Positions 38,890-51,500 are shown, numbered from the stretch's first letter. The stretch: DNA of 64,000 nucleotides from Candidatus Omnitrophota bacterium (GCA_018817165.1 JAHITY010000062.1:26958-90957), one strand, 5' to 3'. Numbers and translations: made by a program. The notes: generated from the letters alone by a model not told the origin.

Positions 38890-40950
38890 ATGGACAAATA
38901 TTCTGGAACTACTGTTCGTAATGTGATTTTGGTGTCTCACTCCGGTGCGGGAAAAACATCGCTAGCAGATGCGATGCTGTTTTCTTGTGGACAGGTGAGC
39001 CGCCAGGGTAATGTCGATGAGGGGAATTCGGTCAGTGATTATGATGCATTGGAAGTCAATCATAAGATATCAATTAATGCGTCAATTTTACATTGTATAT
39101 CGGGTAATACCAAAATAAATATTATTGATGCTCCCGGTTATGCTGATTTTGTCACAGAACTGCGTAATGCGGTTCCAGCTTCTGATGCGGGGATTATTGT
39201 GATCAGCGCGGTTGATGGAATTGAAGTCGGGACACAAAGAGTTTGGCAGATATTGGCAAACAATAATGTTCCGCGGGCAATATTTATCAGTAAGATGGAG
39301 AAAGATAATGCTGATTTTTATAAAGTAATTGAAGAAATTAAAAATGAATTTGGAAAACAATGCACGCCATTATTTTTACCTATAGGATCGCAATCAGATT
39401 TTAAAGCTGTTGCTAATCTTTTGACCAAAGAAAAATGGGATGAACTCTCGCTTGAAGAACAGGCAAAGGCCGCAATGTTTCGCGAAGCGTTTATTGAGAG
39501 TGTTGCTGAAGCCGATGATGCTATGGTTGAAAAATATCTTAATGGCGAAGAATTAACCCATGAGGAAATCTGTAAATATTTTAAAATTGCTTTTAAACAA
39601 AATAAAGTCGTTCCGATTTTCTGCGGAAGCTCAGTAAAACAGCTGGGGGTCAAACAGCTGATTGAAAAAATAGTCAGTTATTTCCCATCGCCTGCTTGCT
39701 GGGAAACAATGCCGGCAACAGATCCGGAGACTGGTGAGAAAAAAGAAGTTTTAACCACTGAAGATCAGCCTTTTTCCGGATATATTTTTAAAACAGTATC
39801 GGATCCTTATGTTGGACAGTTAAGCATATTCAGAGTAGTGTCCGGAGTACTTAGCTCAAACACCGAATTCTTTAATGTGCAGGCAAATGCAGTAGAACGT
39901 ATCGGACAATTATATGTTTTGCAAGGCAAGGAACAGCTGCCAGTGGATGCTATTTTGGCCGGAGATATCGGAGCTGTGGCTAAGCTTAAAAATACGCATA
40001 CTAGTGATTCTATTTGTGATCCAAAAAGAAAATTAGTGTTTAATGTGAAAAAAGAAGCATCTCCGGCTATAGCTTTTTCTTTAAAACCAAAAACCCGACA
40101 AGATGAAGAGAAGATATCACATGCTTTGTCAAAAATGACAAGTGAGGATCAAGGGCTAAAAGTCAGCCGGGATCCGCAGACTAAGGAATTAATTCTTTCC
40201 GGTATGGGTAATATGCATCTGCAGCTTGCGATTGAACGTTTAAAAACAAAATATCATGTTGACGTTGAAGTCGGTACCCCAAAAGTCGCTTATAAAGAAA
40301 CAATAAAGAAATCAACTAAAATACATCATAAATATAAGAAGCAGTCTGGCGGACGTGGTCAATATGGTGATGTTTGGCTGGAAATCGCGCCTTTAGAAAG
40401 AGGTCAGGAATTTGAATTTTTGAATAAAGTTGTCGGCGGAGCAATCCCTAGGCAATATATTCCTTCGGTTGAAAAGGGTGTGAGAAGTAAAATGCTTCAA
40501 GGCGTATTAGCCGGGTATCCGTTGGTAGATATTCAGGTAACTGTTTATGACGGTTCTTATCATGATGTTGATTCTTCGGATATGGCTTTTCAAATCGCGG
40601 GAGGAATTGCTTTGAAAAAAGGGGTGTTAGAAGCCTCGCCGATATTACTAGAACCAGTGATGGAGGTTGAAATTGTTATTCCAGATGAATGTATGGGGGC
40701 AATAACCGGGGATCTTAGTTCCCGCCGAGGCAGAGTCCAAGGTATGGAGCAGGCCGGCAGGAATGAAAAAGTAAAGGCTCAGGTTCCTTTATCCGAAATG
40801 TTGCGTTACGCGACTGATCTGCGCTCAATGACTCAAGGCAGAGGATCATATACCATGACATTTTCTCATTATGATGAAGTGCCGCATAAGAATGCGGAAA
40901 AGATAATTTCCGAGGCAAAAATTGAGGACGATGAAGAGCATCATCATTAA
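38890..40950 (+). CDS. Elongation factor G paralog (EF-G2-like translational GTPase) with His-rich C-terminal tail
   Basis: G domain HSGAGKTSLADAML, DAPGYADF; domain IV motif QSGGRGQYG; ends EDDEEHHH. Divergent from canonical fusA, which is not at an str-operon position here. Confidence 0.75.
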   Translation: MDKYSGTTVRNVILVSHSGAGKTSLADAMLFSCGQVSRQGNVDEGNSVSDYDALEVNHKISINASILHCISGNTKINIIDAPGYADFVTELRNAVPASDAGIIVISAVDGIEVGTQRVWQILANNNVPRAIFISKMEKDNADFYKVIEEIKNEFGKQCTPLFLPIGSQSDFKAVANLLTKEKWDELSLEEQAKAAMFREAFIESVAEADDAMVEKYLNGEELTHEEICKYFKIAFKQNKVVPIFCGSSVKQLGVKQLIEKIVSYFPSPACWETMPATDPETGEKKEVLTTEDQPFSGYIFKTVSDPYVGQLSIFRVVSGVLSSNTEFFNVQANAVERIGQLYVLQGKEQLPVDAILAGDIGAVAKLKNTHTSDSICDPKRKLVFNVKKEASPAIAFSLKPKTRQDEEKISHALSKMTSEDQGLKVSRDPQTKELILSGMGNMHLQLAIERLKTKYHVDVEVGTPKVAYKETIKKSTKIHHKYKKQSGGRGQYGDVWLEIAPLERGQEFEFLNKVVGGAIPRQYIPSVEKGVRSKMLQGVLAGYPLVDIQVTVYDGSYHDVDSSDMAFQIAGGIALKKGVLEASPILLEPVMEVEIVIPDECMGAITGDLSSRRGRVQGMEQAGRNEKVKAQVPLSEMLRYATDLRSMTQGRGSYTMTFSHYDEVPHKNAEKIISEAKIEDDEEHHH

Positions 40951-40970
40951 AACAATAGCTGTTAAGGTGG

Positions 40971-41372
40971 ATGTCTATGATTAAGCGAAAAACTGGGTTT
41001 ACTTTGATTGAAATAATCATGGCTTTAGCTATTCTGGGGATTGGGATAGTGTCGGTAATGGGCTATTTGCCAATTGCTTTAGACGCAGCTAAAAAAGCTT
41101 CTGATTTGACCCGGGCGTCGATGGTCGGGCAAAGAGTCTTAGAAGAAGTTAAATTAGCAGGATTAGATAATATTATTGGCGCTGACAGTTTACATACTGG
41201 AACCAACTTTCAAAGTGATCCTTTTCATAGTGAGTTTGAGTATAGGGTAATCGTTAATCCACTTTTAGCGGCAAATGCTAAGGATATAACCGTCATTGTA
41301 CGTTGGCAGTCTCGGGGAAATCTGATTACTGAAGAATTTGAAACTAGAATCCCGAAATATAATCCGCATTGA
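40971..41372 (+). CDS. Orphan pseudopilin/minor pilin (prepilin-type N-terminal domain)
   Basis: MSMIKRKTG|FTLIEIIMALAILGIGIV: canonical Gly-1/Phe+1/Glu+5; 133 aa; located outside the main T4P locus. Confidence 0.7.
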   Translation: MSMIKRKTGFTLIEIIMALAILGIGIVSVMGYLPIALDAAKKASDLTRASMVGQRVLEEVKLAGLDNIIGADSLHTGTNFQSDPFHSEFEYRVIVNPLLAANAKDITVIVRWQSRGNLITEEFETRIPKYNPH

Positions 41373-41432
41373 TTATGTGTGTTTAATTTTTAGATATTAT
41401 TGAGTATTATTTAAAAAAAGGAGTTAAAGTTT

Positions 41433-42185
41433 ATGTCAGGACATTCAAAGTGGGCAAGTATAAAACATAAAAAAGCCGCGACTGATCAGAAAAGAGGTAA
41501 AGCGTTTACTAAGCTGATCAAAGAGATAACTGTAGGCGCGCGCGAAGGCGGCGGTGATCCGGACGCGAATCCACGTTTACGTTTGGCAATTCAAAAAGCT
41601 AAAGACGCGAACATGCCAAAGGACAATATCTCTAATGCGATTAAAAAAGGAACTGGTGAGTTGCCGGGGGTTGTTTATGAATCAATTTTGTATGAGGGGT
41701 ATGGTCCGGCTGGAGTAGCAATATTAGTTGATGTTTTAACTGATAATAAAAACCGCGCGGCAGCGGAAATTCGCAGCATTTTTACCAAGAGAAACGGTAA
41801 TATGGCTGGAGCGGGATCAGTTGCGTGGCAGTTTAAGCAAAAAGGAATAATTATTGTTGATAAAGATAAAAGTGATGAAGATAAATTAATGAATATTATC
41901 CTGGAAAACGGCGCTGATGATATGGTGGTAGAAGATACTTGCTTTGAGATCAGCGTGCAGTTAAAGGATTTTGAAACTGTGAAAAAAGCAATTGAAGACA
42001 ATGGAATCGCCATGACTCAAGCGGAGATAACCATGGTCCCGGATACAACTGTAAAGATAAATGAAAAAGCGGTGGCTCAGCAAGTCGTAAATTTAGTCAG
42101 TTTTCTGGAAGATTATGATGATGTTCAGAATGTTTATTCCAATTTTGATATTCCAGATGATATCCTAAATGAAATAGTAACTTAA
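41433..42185 (+). CDS. yebC: YebC/PmpR family DNA-binding regulator
   Basis: MSGHSKWASIKHKKAATDQKRGKAFTKL N-terminus is diagnostic. Confidence 0.9.
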   Translation: MSGHSKWASIKHKKAATDQKRGKAFTKLIKEITVGAREGGGDPDANPRLRLAIQKAKDANMPKDNISNAIKKGTGELPGVVYESILYEGYGPAGVAILVDVLTDNKNRAAAEIRSIFTKRNGNMAGAGSVAWQFKQKGIIIVDKDKSDEDKLMNIILENGADDMVVEDTCFEISVQLKDFETVKKAIEDNGIAMTQAEITMVPDTTVKINEKAVAQQVVNLVSFLEDYDDVQNVYSNFDIPDDILNEIVT

Positions 42186-42193
42186 GGATATCT

Positions 42194-42706
42194 ATGCGTG
42201 TTTTAGGTGTTGATCCTGGTTTGCGGTGTGTGGGATACGGAATTGTGGAAAGTAATAATACCGGATACTTTCCGAGTCAAGGGAGAAATAAAAATCTTAA
42301 ACTAATTGAAGCTGGGATTATCAGAACAACCGCGAAACAAGAGTTGCCTGTAAGACTTAAAAAAATATATGCTGGTTTATTAGAGGTGGTTGAAACTTAT
42401 CATCCTCAGGTTTTAGCTTTAGAGGAATTATTCTCTCATTATAAAAATCCTAAAACAGCAATAATGATGGCTCATGCCCGGGGAGTTATTTGTCTGATTG
42501 CTGCTCAGCAGAACATCCAGGTATTTGGCTATGCGCCAAAGAAAATTAAAAAAGCAATCACCGGTGCTGGTGCCGCGCAAAAAGCACAAGTCCAAAAAGT
42601 AATAAAAGAAATTCTCGGATTAAAAACAGTGCCTGAGCCGAATGACGTGGCTGATGCTTTGGCAATTGCCCTAACCCATATTAACATAAGTAGCAGGCAA
42701 ATATGA
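42194..42706 (+). CDS. ruvC: Holliday junction resolvase RuvC
   Basis: MRVLGVDPGLRCVGYGIVE with catalytic acidic residues; 170 aa. Confidence 0.9.
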   Translation: MRVLGVDPGLRCVGYGIVESNNTGYFPSQGRNKNLKLIEAGIIRTTAKQELPVRLKKIYAGLLEVVETYHPQVLALEELFSHYKNPKTAIMMAHARGVICLIAAQQNIQVFGYAPKKIKKAITGAGAAQKAQVQKVIKEILGLKTVPEPNDVADALAIALTHINISSRQI

Positions 42707-43323
42707 TTTGTAGAATAGCCGGTAAAATAGTGCAGCGTAAAGAAAGCTCTTTGATTATAAATGTCCAGGGCCTGGGATATGAAGTGTTTATTCCCAAAGG
42801 CGTGTTTATGTCTTTGCCATTGCAAAATGCAGAGTGTGAGTTGTTTACATTCCATTATTTGCAGACAGATCCCAGTAAAAGTTTTCCGATATTAATTGGG
42901 TTTGTAAATGAAATTGAAAAAGAATTCTTTGAAAAGTTTATCACGGTTTCGGGAATTGGTCCGAAAGCAGCAGTGCGCTGCTTGAGTGAACCGATAGCGC
43001 ATATTGCCCGGGCAATTGATGCGGGGGATGTGCTTTTTTTAAAATCATTGCCGGGAATCGGTACGCAAAGAGCTAGGGAAATAGTCGCTAAACTGCAGGG
43101 GAAGGTGGGAAAATTCAGTCTTATTCAGGTCTCGGGACAAGCTCAAATTGTGCCTGAGATTAAAACGGATCTTGAACAGGAAGCATTGACTGTCCTCTTA
43201 CAGCTACAGTATAAAAAACCAGAAGCAGAGCTTATGGTTAAAAAAGCAATGCAAAGGAATAATAATATTACTAATTCGGAAGAGCTATTAAATGAAGTCT
43301 ATAGACAAAAATCTAAACAATAA
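42703..43323 (+). CDS. ruvA: Holliday junction branch-migration protein RuvA
   Basis: Domain I OB fold and HhH motifs (GIGPKAA, LPGIGTQRA); overlaps ruvC by 4 nt. Confidence 0.85.
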   Translation: MICRIAGKIVQRKESSLIINVQGLGYEVFIPKGVFMSLPLQNAECELFTFHYLQTDPSKSFPILIGFVNEIEKEFFEKFITVSGIGPKAAVRCLSEPIAHIARAIDAGDVLFLKSLPGIGTQRAREIVAKLQGKVGKFSLIQVSGQAQIVPEIKTDLEQEALTVLLQLQYKKPEAELMVKKAMQRNNNITNSEELLNEVYRQKSKQ

Positions 43324-44371
43324 TAATGATTCAAAAATACTCAGGGAGCCTGTGCTGATTCAGCAGGAAACCGAAGAAGATCTTGTCCTGAATTTATCTT
43401 TACGGCCGATCAAATTTGCCGATTTTATTGGTCAGGATAAATTAAAAGAAAATCTGCTGATTGGGATTGAAGCCGCAAAAGCCAGACAAGAACCTTTGGA
43501 GCATCTTATCTGTGCTGGCCCTCCTGGTCTGGGAAAAACAACTTTGGCGCATATTGTGGCTCATGAAATGGGTACAAAAATTACCACAACATCTGGTCCA
43601 GCAATTGAGCGGGCTGGGGATTTGATCGGTATTCTGACTAATCTTGAACAGGGCGATATTTTATTTATTGATGAGATCCATCGCTTGTCTAAAGTTGTTG
43701 AAGAATTTCTTTATCCGGCAATGGAAGATTATAAAATTGATTTTATAATTGATAAAGGTCCATATGCTAAGACGATTCAATTTAATTTAAAACCATTTAC
43801 TTTAATTGGCGCGACCACTCGATCCGGTTTATTAACTGCTGCTTTACGCAGCCGTTTCGGGATGAATTATCATCTTGATTTTTATCCTTGGGAAGAACTG
43901 GTTAATATTGTTATAAAATCCGCGGAAAAGCTTAGTTTGCCGATTGATCAAGAAAGCGCGATTTTAATTGCCAAACGTTCTCGGGGCACTCCCCGGGTGG
44001 CTAATCGGCTTTTACGCCGCGTGCGGGATTATTGTCAGGTAAAAGCGCAAGGTAAGCTTACTCCTGAACTGACTGATGCAGCGCTTAATCTTCAGGGGAT
44101 TGATAATTTGGGGCTTGATGATATTGACCGGAGAGTTTTAAGCGTGATTATTGATACTTATGATGGCGGGCCAGTGGGAATTGAATCTTTGGCTGCTACT
44201 TTAAATGAAGAAAATGATACAATTGTTGATGTAGTTGAACCTTATTTATTAAAAATGGGTTTGCTTAAACGCTCGCCAAGAGGCAGGCAGGCAACGCAAT
44301 TGGCTTATCAGCATTTAAGCCGTAATCGGGTAAAGGATGAGCAAAAGGATATAATCAGCGATGAAGTCTAA
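43292..44371 (+). CDS. ruvB: Holliday junction ATP-dependent DNA helicase RuvB
   Basis: AAA+ motifs GPPGLGKTTLA, DEIHRL and the winged-helix C-terminus. Confidence 0.95.
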   Translation: MKSIDKNLNNNNDSKILREPVLIQQETEEDLVLNLSLRPIKFADFIGQDKLKENLLIGIEAAKARQEPLEHLICAGPPGLGKTTLAHIVAHEMGTKITTTSGPAIERAGDLIGILTNLEQGDILFIDEIHRLSKVVEEFLYPAMEDYKIDFIIDKGPYAKTIQFNLKPFTLIGATTRSGLLTAALRSRFGMNYHLDFYPWEELVNIVIKSAEKLSLPIDQESAILIAKRSRGTPRVANRLLRRVRDYCQVKAQGKLTPELTDAALNLQGIDNLGLDDIDRRVLSVIIDTYDGGPVGIESLAATLNEENDTIVDVVEPYLLKMGLLKRSPRGRQATQLAYQHLSRNRVKDEQKDIISDEV

Positions 44372-44927
44372 AACTATCTTACTGCATGTCTGTTGCGCTC
44401 CCTGTATGATCGTTCCTTTAGAACGCTTGAGAAAACAGAGTTTTCAAGTCAATGGGTTTTTTTATAATCCGAACATTGAGCCAAAAGAAGAACTAGAAAA
44501 ACGTAAAACAAATGTATTGGCTTATTCCAAGCGTAATGATTGCGCCATGTTTTTTGATCAAAACGAAAATAGTGAACAGTTTTTTGCTGCTTTTGCCGGA
44601 AAATTAGAAGGTCCTGAGCGTTGTCATACCTGTTGGTATTTTAGGCTTAAAAAAACTGCGGAACACGCTAAAAAAAATAATGCTGATTATTTTACTACAA
44701 CTTTATTGGTAAGTCCTTATCAGGATGGGGAGAAAATCCGGGAGATCGGAGAAAAAGCAGCCGCGGAAACAGGAGTTATGTTTCATTATGAAAATTTTAG
44801 CACTGGATATCAGCAAGCAGTACAGATTTCCCGCTTGGAAAATATGTATCGTCAAAAGTACTGCGGCTGCAAACTAAGTTTAGCGCAAAGACAGGCTGCT
44901 AAAAAAACAAGAATAAAGCCTAGCTAA
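44361..44927 (+). CDS. queH: Epoxyqueuosine reductase QueH (DUF208)
   Basis: LLHVCCAPC...CHTCW...YCGC cysteine pattern and overall collinearity with the QueH family; 188 aa. Confidence 0.8.
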   Translation: MKSKTILLHVCCAPCMIVPLERLRKQSFQVNGFFYNPNIEPKEELEKRKTNVLAYSKRNDCAMFFDQNENSEQFFAAFAGKLEGPERCHTCWYFRLKKTAEHAKKNNADYFTTTLLVSPYQDGEKIREIGEKAAAETGVMFHYENFSTGYQQAVQISRLENMYRQKYCGCKLSLAQRQAAKKTRIKPS

Positions 44928-45967
44928 TGCAGATAAATGAATTTGACTATCATCTTCCGACAAAGCTTATTGCCCAGTATCCCGCCGAGCAGCGTGATCA
45001 ATCCCGACTTTTAATTGTGAATCGCAAAACTAATAAAATCACTCACAGTATGTTTAAAGATATTAGCAATATGTTTGAGCCGGGTGATGCTTTGGTTTTA
45101 AATGATACTAAAGTAAAGCCAGTGCGATTGATTGGAAAAATTCAGGAAAAAGAAATTGATATTCTCCTGGTTGAACGCCTAGAAAAAAATAAGTACTTGG
45201 TTTTTGCTAAACCCGGAAAAAAATTAAAAGATAAAATAAACATCAGCTTTGCTGATGGGCAATATACAGCGATTGTCGAGGATATAGAGCCAGCTAGAGA
45301 AAAAGGGATGAAGTGTATTAAGTTTCAGCTAGAGTTTGATATTGAAGCTGTTTTAGAAGAATTTGGAATGATGCCTTTGCCTCCATATATTAAACGCTGT
45401 GTAATGAATGCGGATAGTGCGAGATATCAAACTGTATATGCGAAAAATTCCGGAGCAATCGCTTCGCCAACTGCTGGGCTGCATTTCACTCAGGGAATAT
45501 TAGACCAGCTGCATAAGAAAAAGATAAATACAATCTATGTTACTTTGCATGTGGGACTGGGAACTTTTTTACCAGTTAAAGTGGATGATATTGAACAGCA
45601 TCAGATGCACAAAGAAGCTTATGACTTGACAAATTCAGCGGCGCAGGAAATTGAGGCGGTTAAAAAAGCAAAACATCGGATTTGCGCTGTGGGCACAACC
45701 GCCTGCCGCGTTTTGGAAAGCTGTGCTAATATTGATAATGGCTTTTCTATTGCCGCGGCAAAAGGCTCAACAGAAATTTTTATTTATCCGCCGTATAAGT
45801 TTAAAGCCGTTGATATGCTATTAACTAATTTTCATTTACCAAAAACAACTTTGCTGATGCTGATCAGTGCTTTTGCCGGTAAAGATCTGATCATGGAAGC
45901 CTATCGGCAGGCAGTAGAGCAGGAATATCGGTTTTTTAGCTATGGCGATGCCATGTTGATTATTTAG
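44927..45967 (+). CDS. queA: S-adenosylmethionine:tRNA ribosyltransferase-isomerase QueA
   Basis: FDYHLP..LIAQYP...R..SRLL N-terminus and the GTTxxR region; start overlaps the queH stop (TAATG). Confidence 0.9.
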   Translation: MQINEFDYHLPTKLIAQYPAEQRDQSRLLIVNRKTNKITHSMFKDISNMFEPGDALVLNDTKVKPVRLIGKIQEKEIDILLVERLEKNKYLVFAKPGKKLKDKINISFADGQYTAIVEDIEPAREKGMKCIKFQLEFDIEAVLEEFGMMPLPPYIKRCVMNADSARYQTVYAKNSGAIASPTAGLHFTQGILDQLHKKKINTIYVTLHVGLGTFLPVKVDDIEQHQMHKEAYDLTNSAAQEIEAVKKAKHRICAVGTTACRVLESCANIDNGFSIAAAKGSTEIFIYPPYKFKAVDMLLTNFHLPKTTLLMLISAFAGKDLIMEAYRQAVEQEYRFFSYGDAMLII

Positions 45968-46107
45968 CGTATAGCGATTAGCGGATAGCGGTTAGGAGAA
46001 ATAGAAGACATCAAACCGAGGGATGAGGGACGATCGCTACGCTAGGAAGATGGACGATAAAGCAGAAAAAGACATTAGGTCTCATGGGGCCCTACGTCAT
46101 CAGGTTA

Positions 46108-47449
<1,342 letters not shown>

Positions 47450-47469
47450 TAATTCATTCAATAAGAACA

Positions 47470-47498
47470 TTGACAATCTTTAATAAATCTTGTAAAAT
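47470..47498 (+). promoter_or_regulatory. Near-consensus sigma70 promoter (TTGACA-17-TAAAAT) for the H-NOX gene
   Basis: Exact -35 hexamer and 17-nt spacer; AAGGAGG RBS 7 nt before the GTG start. Confidence 0.5.
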
Positions 47499-47552
47499 TA
47501 AAAAAGGGAATAAAACTTAATAACAGTAACATGCAAATCAAGGAGGAAAATT

Positions 47553-48074
47553 GTGAAGGGAGTAATTCCAAAATGTTTAGGAGAATTAGTTGTAAGTAAA
47601 TTTGGTAAAGACAGATGGAAAAAAATTTTATCAGAATCCGGGCTTAGTGAGAATACTCTGTTTATGGCTGTACAGGATATTGATGATGGGGCTGTAATAA
47701 AAGTTATTGAAAATACATGCAAAATATTAAATATTACTTTAATTCAGGCCGCTGATGCTTTTGGTGAATATTGGGTCTGTGAATTCGCGCCTAAACTTTA
47801 TTCAGGGTATTATAAAAATAAAACAACTACAAAAGATTTTCTTGCAGCTATGGATGAAGTGCATCAAAAAACAACGATAAACATTCCCGGGGCTCATCCT
47901 CCGCGCTTTGAGTATGAATGGACATCTGAGGATACACTCATAATGCATTATAAATCATCAAGAGGTTTAATTGATTTCTTGGTGGGTTTAGTTAAGGGGG
48001 TTGTTAAATATTTTAAAGAAAATCATAAAGTGACAAAATTAAGCGATACTAAAGTGCAGATTGTGTTTAAATAA
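47553..48074 (+). CDS. hnoX: Stand-alone H-NOX (haem nitric oxide/oxygen-binding) domain protein
   Basis: MKGVI N-terminus, candidate proximal His about 104 (DEVHQ), Pro-rich IPGAHPPRF, and the Y-x-S-x-R haem-propionate motif (HYKSSRG). Collinear along its 173-aa length with the Thermoanaerobacter H-NOX sequence as recalled from memory. Confidence 0.8.
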   Translation: MKGVIPKCLGELVVSKFGKDRWKKILSESGLSENTLFMAVQDIDDGAVIKVIENTCKILNITLIQAADAFGEYWVCEFAPKLYSGYYKNKTTTKDFLAAMDEVHQKTTINIPGAHPPRFEYEWTSEDTLIMHYKSSRGLIDFLVGLVKGVVKYFKENHKVTKLSDTKVQIVFK

Positions 48075-48127
48075 GCAATGTGTTAAATAAATATTTGTAG
48101 ATTTAGTTGTGCGGTAAAATAATAAAT

Positions 48128-48176
48128 AGGGGAAGTTTTTAAGTTATCTTAACTTAAGACTTCTCCTGTTTTTTTT
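48128..48176 (+). terminator. Intrinsic terminator after hnoX
   Basis: Long hairpin GGGGAAGTTTTTAAGTT...AACTTAAGACTTCTCC followed by a T9 run. Confidence 0.7.
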
Positions 48177-48516
48177 TAAAATATATTATTTGTTCGGTTG
48201 CGTATATAAGGGGGCATCAAATAATTATTTCTTAAAAAAATCAAAAATGAATAATTAAATCACGCATTTTAATAATATTTTAGCTCGTCTTTTTTGTAGA
48301 TTGCTTAATTATTAGTTTGAAAAATCCTGATTTAAAACCGCTAATTTGTTAAGGATCCTAAATTATTAAACTTAAAAATTTAAAATATTTATTGTTTTAT
48401 CGTATCTTGTTTGAATCCAATTAGTTGTGAGTGTGGGTATATTTGCAATATAGTTTTATTTGTGGTAGACTTTACAGTTCATATATATTGTCTAAAACTA
48501 TTGGGAAAACTAAGTA

Positions 48517-51500
48517 ATGAAATTTTTTAATAAAAAATCAATTCAATTAAAAATTATTGCTTTGCTATTATTAAATAGCTTTTCTGGAATTAATAGCAGC
48601 AATGCTTTTGACTTTAAAATAGAGCATAATTCTCAGCAACATTGTCTTGCTCCTGTGCTCCAGCTTGACAACTCAATCTTTTCTAAGCTTCTTATTGATT
48701 ATAATCGTGAAGTATTAAGTATCCTGCATACCATGAAGTATGCGCCTCAGCTTGCCCTAGGTAATGACCGGGTGATCGGGGCTGCCATACAAAAAAATTC
48801 AAACCAAGAAGATCCCGAATACTGGCTGATGCTTTCTCATCGCGGTTCTCCCATGGCTGCGGATATTAATTTTCTCCCAGACAATCTTGAGCAAAAAGGT
48901 AATGGTCTAGGCGTATTTAATCCTGATCAAGATGATTATGTTTATGAGCTTGTCGAATTTTTTGATAATAATCAATCGGATATTAATTCAATTATTAATC
49001 CCAAACGCATGTTGGTAACCGGGCGTTCTTTGCGGGTATTGGGAATGGGTTTTTATCAGCCTTTGCCGATTTCAGTAACAAAGATATACAAATTTAGAAA
49101 AGTAGCCGCGCAAATTCCTAGTCAAGATAAAGCTGATTATAATGTATTGTTAAAATACTCATTATTAAATTATAAACGGTTTGCTCCCCAATACCGGATG
49201 GAGAACAGTTTTATCGCTAGAGAAATAATTAAAGCACTTAATGCCGGCAGTGTTGAATTTACGGGATTATTTTACGCTTTATCTGAAATGATTGATGACG
49301 ATCAGAAAATTGACTTTAGTGAATTAAGCCGCATATTTAGTGATATTATTTTTTATGGTGATCAGCAGTTAAAAGATAATGCCCAAAAAATTTTGATTGA
49401 TATTGCGATTGCTGGGCAAATCAAAGAAATTTCAGTCCATGGTTTAGCCAAAGCTTCAATTGTTGGCGCGCGTTCTAGTGAAAACGCGATTAAGCTCTTA
49501 CGCAGTTCGACTGTGGGTGAAATAGTGCTTACTTCTCCGGAAAGTTTATGGAGTACTGGAACAGGAGGAATGGCTTTGTATGTTTCTGATCTGGCCAAAG
49601 AACTCGCGGCCTTGGGAATCCCGGTCACTGTTATTGTCCCATTGTTTAATGAACCTATTCGAAAAAAAGAGATTTTTCAATCATATAATTTGCATGATAC
49701 AGGCCGAGGGATAAATTTAAACTTCGGTAGGGCGGGGGATGAAACCGCGCATGCAAAAATTTACGAAGCTAATCAGGAGGGGGTAAGAATATTATATTTG
49801 GAGAATGATAAGTATTTTAATCTGCTAAAAGGTTCTGATGGCGGAGATAATGCTTACAATGGATCAGTTAGTTTTCGCTTGCGGTTTGCCCGGATGCTTT
49901 CCTTAGGAACTTTGTTGGCAATCCGGGAAATGAATATTCATCCTCGAATTATTCAGACCAATGATTGGACAACTGCTTACTTAAAAGCTTATTTAGAAGG
50001 CAGAGAGCGGATTGATCCAAGTCTTGAAGGCTTACGCTTTGATCCTCATTTGCAGTCAACAAAAGTTTTAAGCATATTGCATAATTCACATGCTTATTAT
50101 CAAGGGAATATGTGGGTTCCTGATTTAGCGCAGAGAGATAAGCACATTTGGGATGATCTGGGATTTAATCCGGAAAAAGACACGGATATTCTTGTTTTGG
50201 GCCATGATCATACCCAGCATGATCATAATCCTGTTTTAAGAGCCAGAGCGTGGCTGGATATTAATCCGACTTATACTGCGGTCAGAACAGGAGATAATAT
50301 TATAGATGTAAGTGAAGGTCATCGAGATCGAAGTATTAATCCTGTTTATGCTCCGGAATTCGGATATCTTGATGGCGTTTTGGGCTGGAAAGCGAGTATT
50401 GGCGATTTTTATGGCCAGGCTAATGGTTTTGGCTTAGCGCAAAGGCAGCGCGATTTTTTAAGTAAAATGCTGATTGCTAATAAAGAATCCAAAGTATCAA
50501 TTAAAGACATGGCTGTTAATATTAGCAAAAAGAATTCCCAGAGTAAAATTGAAGAGGGGTATATTAATTGGCTGTCAAATCCTGAATCAATGTTGAGAGG
50601 TTTTTATGGCATTAGCTCAGACCAGGAAAAATCATGGCTGAATAAGTTGTGCAATGATTTAAAACCGCAAGACAAATCAATGGCTGAATTTAAGTTGGAG
50701 ATGCGCAAGCTTTTAGAAGCAGAATTGCTGCAAAAAACCACAAAGCTACTGCGTTCAAATATCTATATTGCTTTAGAAGATAAAAATTATTTTAAACATG
50801 ACTTGGAATATAGAAAAATGCTTCAGGATTTTCTTGATAAACCAGAACAGTCGATCAAGAGTTTTTTTGATATAGGCCATGAATCAGAGCGGAGGAGATT
50901 GGCAAATTTTCATTTTGAGTTTATCAAACCTTTACAAAAATCAATATTGCAGAATATTTTTGGCATAGAAAAAGATGAACAAAAATTTACTTATTCCATG
51001 CTTCACCGTGTTGGAGAACAAAAAGGGCATCAATTATTAACTGCAGAAATCTGGAATAGCCATAATCCCGGATCGCTTAAGGCTATAAAGGGAACAATTT
51101 TCTATGATAAGATTGAGAGTCATGATTATGAAATAGGCTTAAGTCTGGAAGATCAAAATAAATTATCTGATTTTGCCAATAAACATAATTTGATTAATTT
51201 GCGGGCCATGGAAGTGGCAATGATTTTAAATCATGATGTGCAATTTGTTATAGTTGGCTCAGCTGATGGTGATTTAGATAAAGCCTTTCAGGAAACATAT
51301 AAAATATTTAAACATACAAAACAATTTGCTTATTTGCCGGAATTTATCTCCATTAACAGTGCTTTGTATGATTTGATTTATTCAGGCTCAGATCGTTTTG
51401 GCATGCCTTCTTGGTATGAACCAGGCGGATTATCTAATCAAGAAGCGGCAGGATATGGTACCCCGCGGCATCTTACTCGGAGAGACGGATTACTTGACGG

